DNA of 64,000 nucleotides from Centroscyllium fabricii (taxonomy: Eukaryota), in NCBI GenBank assembly GCA_051313645.2, contig JBNRSN020000016.1, positions 58,776,001 through 58,840,000 of the forward strand, in the 5' to 3' direction. Below, one piece after another: positions 60,855 through 64,000 of this stretch. Both the position numbers and the translations under genes were made by a program. The notes beneath the pieces are model-generated. The model did not search any database, was not told the DNA's origin, and saw only the letters and a program-made list of their open reading frames with translations. How positions within the stretch are numbered: the stretch's first letter is position 1; every line of letters starts with the position of its first letter.

Positions 60855-61603
60855 CATTTTGAAGTGTAGTCAGTTTGACACACAGCAGCCAATTTGCGCA
60901 CAGCAAGGATAATGACCAGATAATTCGTTTGGTTTTTTAAGTGATGTTGGTTGAGGGATAAATATTGGCCGGGACACCAGGGAGAACTTCAGATCATAAC
61001 TTTGGCCCCCTTTATATTTTTACTTATTTTTTATCCGCACCTTAGTTTTTGCCCTCTTCCCCCCCTTTTTTTCTCTCCCACATGGCAGCTGTTTCCCATT
61101 CTGCCAGCACATTTCACATCTAATCTAGAGCCGTCTTCTGTCTCCACTAGTCCTATCACCATCTCGCCTCGTTTTGAATACCTCTTAATGTCTCTTCTCT
61201 TTGTTCTCTCCCAGCCCCCTACTGGCCTTCTAATCTGTTTCATTTCCTTGCTTCTTCAGTCTTGATAAAGAGTCCCGACCCGAAACGTTGACTCTATTTC
61301 TCTCTTCACGGATGTTGCCTGGCCTGCTGAGCTTTTTCCAGCATTTTCTGTGCTTATACCAGGGAGAACTCCCCTGCTCTTGTCCGAAATAATGCCATGG
61401 GAACTTTTACGACCATCTGAGGACGACAGACGGGGCCTCGGTTTAACATCTCATCTGAAAGACGGCACCTCCGACAGTGCAGCACTACCTCGGTACTGCA
61501 CTGGAGCGTCGGTCTAGATTTTGTACTCAAGGCTCCGAGTCGGAAGGCTGTGGGTTTCAAGTCCCACACCAGAGGTGAGAGTGCTATCCACAGAGCCACG
61601 GCT
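60855..61603 (-). mobile_element. Deu-domain (SacSINE1/AmnSINE-like) SINE split by a Penelope-type fragment (60989-61357)
   Basis: Deu-domain core (GTGCTGCACTGTCGGAGGTGCCGTCTTTC on - strand); 13-bp duplication ACCAGGGAGAACT at 60976-60988 and 61358-61370. Confidence 0.75.
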
Positions 61604-62148
61604 CAGTCAATTACAGAAACAGCTCCAGATACCTTGTGGAGTAGCAGATATCTAAGAGAAGGTTGTCTTTTGGGCTAGGAAACTATACTTAATCTGGGGG
61701 AGAGGAAGCCAACAGGAAAGTGTCAGCTTTGAAAGCATTTAAAAAAAAATAATCAAATATAATGCAAAGGAATCAGATTGTATTCGCAAGCTAAAATAAA
61801 CAAGATGTTGTTCAGAACTCGGATTTGTACATTAGGATCTCCTACAATAAAACAGATCCTGTCTGAAACAGTTAGAAGTGGATTTTTGTTCAAATCTCTG
61901 CACAAGTACATATTTATATTTCCAAATAATTGTTTTCAGTTAGAGAGGACAGATATTCACAGACAGATAGCACTACTCAGTGAACAGGTTTTAGGCCGTT
62001 TGCTGCTTTTTTTAAAACCACATATGACAACAGGTTGAGTTTGATGCAGAGACCAATACCCATTTCCTAATGAGTAGCAGAAGTGGTGTTTTTCCTGCCA
62101 TTCATTTTACCTGTGCTCATTGCTGCTTCATTCACAACAGTGTCTTAC

Positions 62149-62219
62149 CTTGGTGGTGGGTTGAAGTTTGAAGTTGTAAGAAATGTCTGACAAAAGCTCT
62201 TCAACAAGAGGTCTCTGAC
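62149..62219 (-). CDS. FANCA: FANCA ~exon 24: VRDLLLKSFCQTFLTTSNFNPPP(R)
   Basis: 71 nt, AG/GT, DLLL.SFCQ motif. Confidence 0.92.
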
Positions 62220-62439
62220 CTGCAAGTATAAACGCATAGTTACAGCACAGACTGAAATAGATTAGTTATCCTTTTCCAAAGCTGTTTTGGCATCTGTTAG
62301 AAGCACAAATTACAACAATTATGTAGTCTTATGACTCTAGAAATAATCAGTATTTTCAACCTTACCAGTGTACAGTCAAATAGACTTCCAGGACGGTAAA
62401 GATTCGAAACGCATTGTGGCTTGCTGGGCACCTTAAAGG

Positions 62440-62763
62440 GGCATGTTTCCCCTGGCTGGGGAGTCCAGAACTAGGGGTCAGTCTCAGAATAAGGGGTCGG
62501 CCATTTAGGACTGAGTTGAGGAGAAATTTCTTCACTCAAAGGGTTGTGAATCTTTGGAATTCTCTACCCAAGAGGGTTGTTGTAGATACTCAGTCATTGA
62601 GTATATTCAAGACAGAGATGAATAGATTTTTGGGCACTAAGGGAATTAAGCAAAATGGGGATAGTGCAGGAAAGTGGTGTTGAGGTAGATCAGCCATGAT
62701 CTTATTGAATAGCAGAGCAGGCTCGAAGGACCGAATGGCCTACTCCTGCACCTATTTCTTATG
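62440..62763 (+). mobile_element. CR1 3' fragment
   Basis: NFFTQRVVNLWNSLP; tail. Confidence 0.85.
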
Positions 62764-63430
62764 AAACACAATCTGGAGTAATACAATTTTTATTTTCACT
62801 AACGACAGAATATAATTTATGAGAAAAAAAAAATCAAACTTAGAATGAGAACAGGCCAATGGGCTCATCAAACCGCTCAGTCCATAGTCCATGCATGACT
62901 ATCTTAATCATGACTCTTTTACTTTTTCCACCAGGGCGCGACAAAAACCGCTTGCCCGGGGCAAGTAAAATGCGCCATCGGGCAAGCAGAAGAAAATTTC
63001 ACTTGCCCGACCGGGCAAGTGCAATCATGATCGAGGCCATGGGAACGGGTGGTTGGATCCCGCCCTGGAGGCGGCTGCGGATGGGCCGGGCGCGCTTCGG
63101 CCGATGGGTTTGGAACTCTGCCCGAGCTCATCCAATCACAGCACAGCAGTTTTCTCATGCTCCCGCGGTTTTGAAGCGCTGCGCCCCACCCCCTGCCCAT
63201 GCTCGGCCAATCATAGAGCACTCCGGCTGCCCACCCGCCGCTCGGCGCTGCAGCAGCTCGAACCGAGCAGGAAAGCGAGGGTGATTAGCAAAATATTGCA
63301 GATGCTGGAAATCCGAAATAACAACAGAAAATGCTGGAAAAACTCAGGCAGCATCGATGGAGAGAAACATAGAGTCGATAGAAAAATATAGAAGCCCCGC
63401 TTCGTCCTGCTGCCCCCCCCCCCCCCCCCC

Positions 63431-64000
63431 GGGGAGTGTCCTACCGCGCGCTCCGGGCCCCGGGGAGTGTCCTACCGCGCGCTCCGGGCCCCGGGGAGTG
63501 TCCTACCGCGCGCTCCGGGCCCCGGGGAGTGTCCTACCGCGCGCTCCGGGCCCCGGGGAGTGTCCTACCGCGCGCTCCGGGCCCCGGGGAGTGTCCTACC
63601 GCGCGCTCCGGGCCCCGGGGAGTGTCCTACCGCGCGCTCCGGGCCCCGGGGAGTGTCCTACCGCGCGCTCCGGGCCCCGGGGAGTGTCCTACCGCGCGCT
63701 CCGGGCCCCGGGGAGTGTCCTACCGCGCGCTCCGGGCCCCGGGGAGTGTCCTACCGCGCGCTCCGGGCCCCGGGGAGTGTCCTACCGCGCGCTCCGGGCC
63801 CCGGGGAGTGTCCTACCGCGCGCTCCGGGCCCCGGGGAGTGTTCTACCGCGCGCTCCGGGCCGCGGGGAGTGTTCTACCGCGCGCTCCGGGCCCCGGGGA
63901 GTGTTCTACCGCGCGCTCCGGGCCCCGGGGAGTGTTCTACCGCGCGCTCCGGGCCCCGGGGAGTGTTCTACCGCGCGCTCCGGGCCCCGGGGAGTGTTCT
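63431..64000 (+). repeat. 31-bp GC/CpG-rich minisatellite (GGGGAGTGTCCTACCGCGCGCTCCGGGCCCC)n, ~18 copies, running off the window
   Basis: Head-to-tail units with no spacers. Confidence 0.97.

Noticed and set aside
63431-64000. CRISPR-like array (31-bp repeats)
   Set aside because: Units are head-to-tail with no spacers, there are no cas genes, and the context is a vertebrate intron

Overview
Eukaryotic (vertebrate) genomic DNA, most likely from an elasmobranch (shark/ray), judged from HE1-like V-SINEs, Deu-domain SINEs and abundant CR1/HER1-type LINEs. Two host genes converge tail-to-tail. On the + strand are the last three coding exons of ZNF276 (5731-19641; the last exon has an apparent 1-bp frameshift near an assembly gap). 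On the - strand are 20 consecutive coding exons of FANCA (equivalent to human exons 24-43; 62219 down to the stop at 22459), all with GT-AG splice sites and consistent phases. The introns are packed with transposable elements: many CR1 copies (one with a near-intact ORF2), a young-looking Vingi/Ingi-like LINE, a complete Ty3/Gypsy provirus, a solo LTR, tRNA- and 5S-derived SINEs, Penelope-type fragments with hammerhead-ribozyme motifs, Tigger/hAT/Harbinger-type MITEs and a 31-bp CpG-rich minisatellite. The most unusual signals are three. (i) The Gypsy element has no tRNA-type PBS; its PBS position is instead a perfect 13-nt complement of its own LTR poly(A) signal region, and its RT has YLDN. 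(ii) A ~100-bp TSD-flanked insertion is essentially a minimal hammerhead ribozyme plus tail. (iii) An intronic inverted repeat brackets an in-frame FANCA exon. Gene and family assignments come from recalled homologue motifs, not from database searches.
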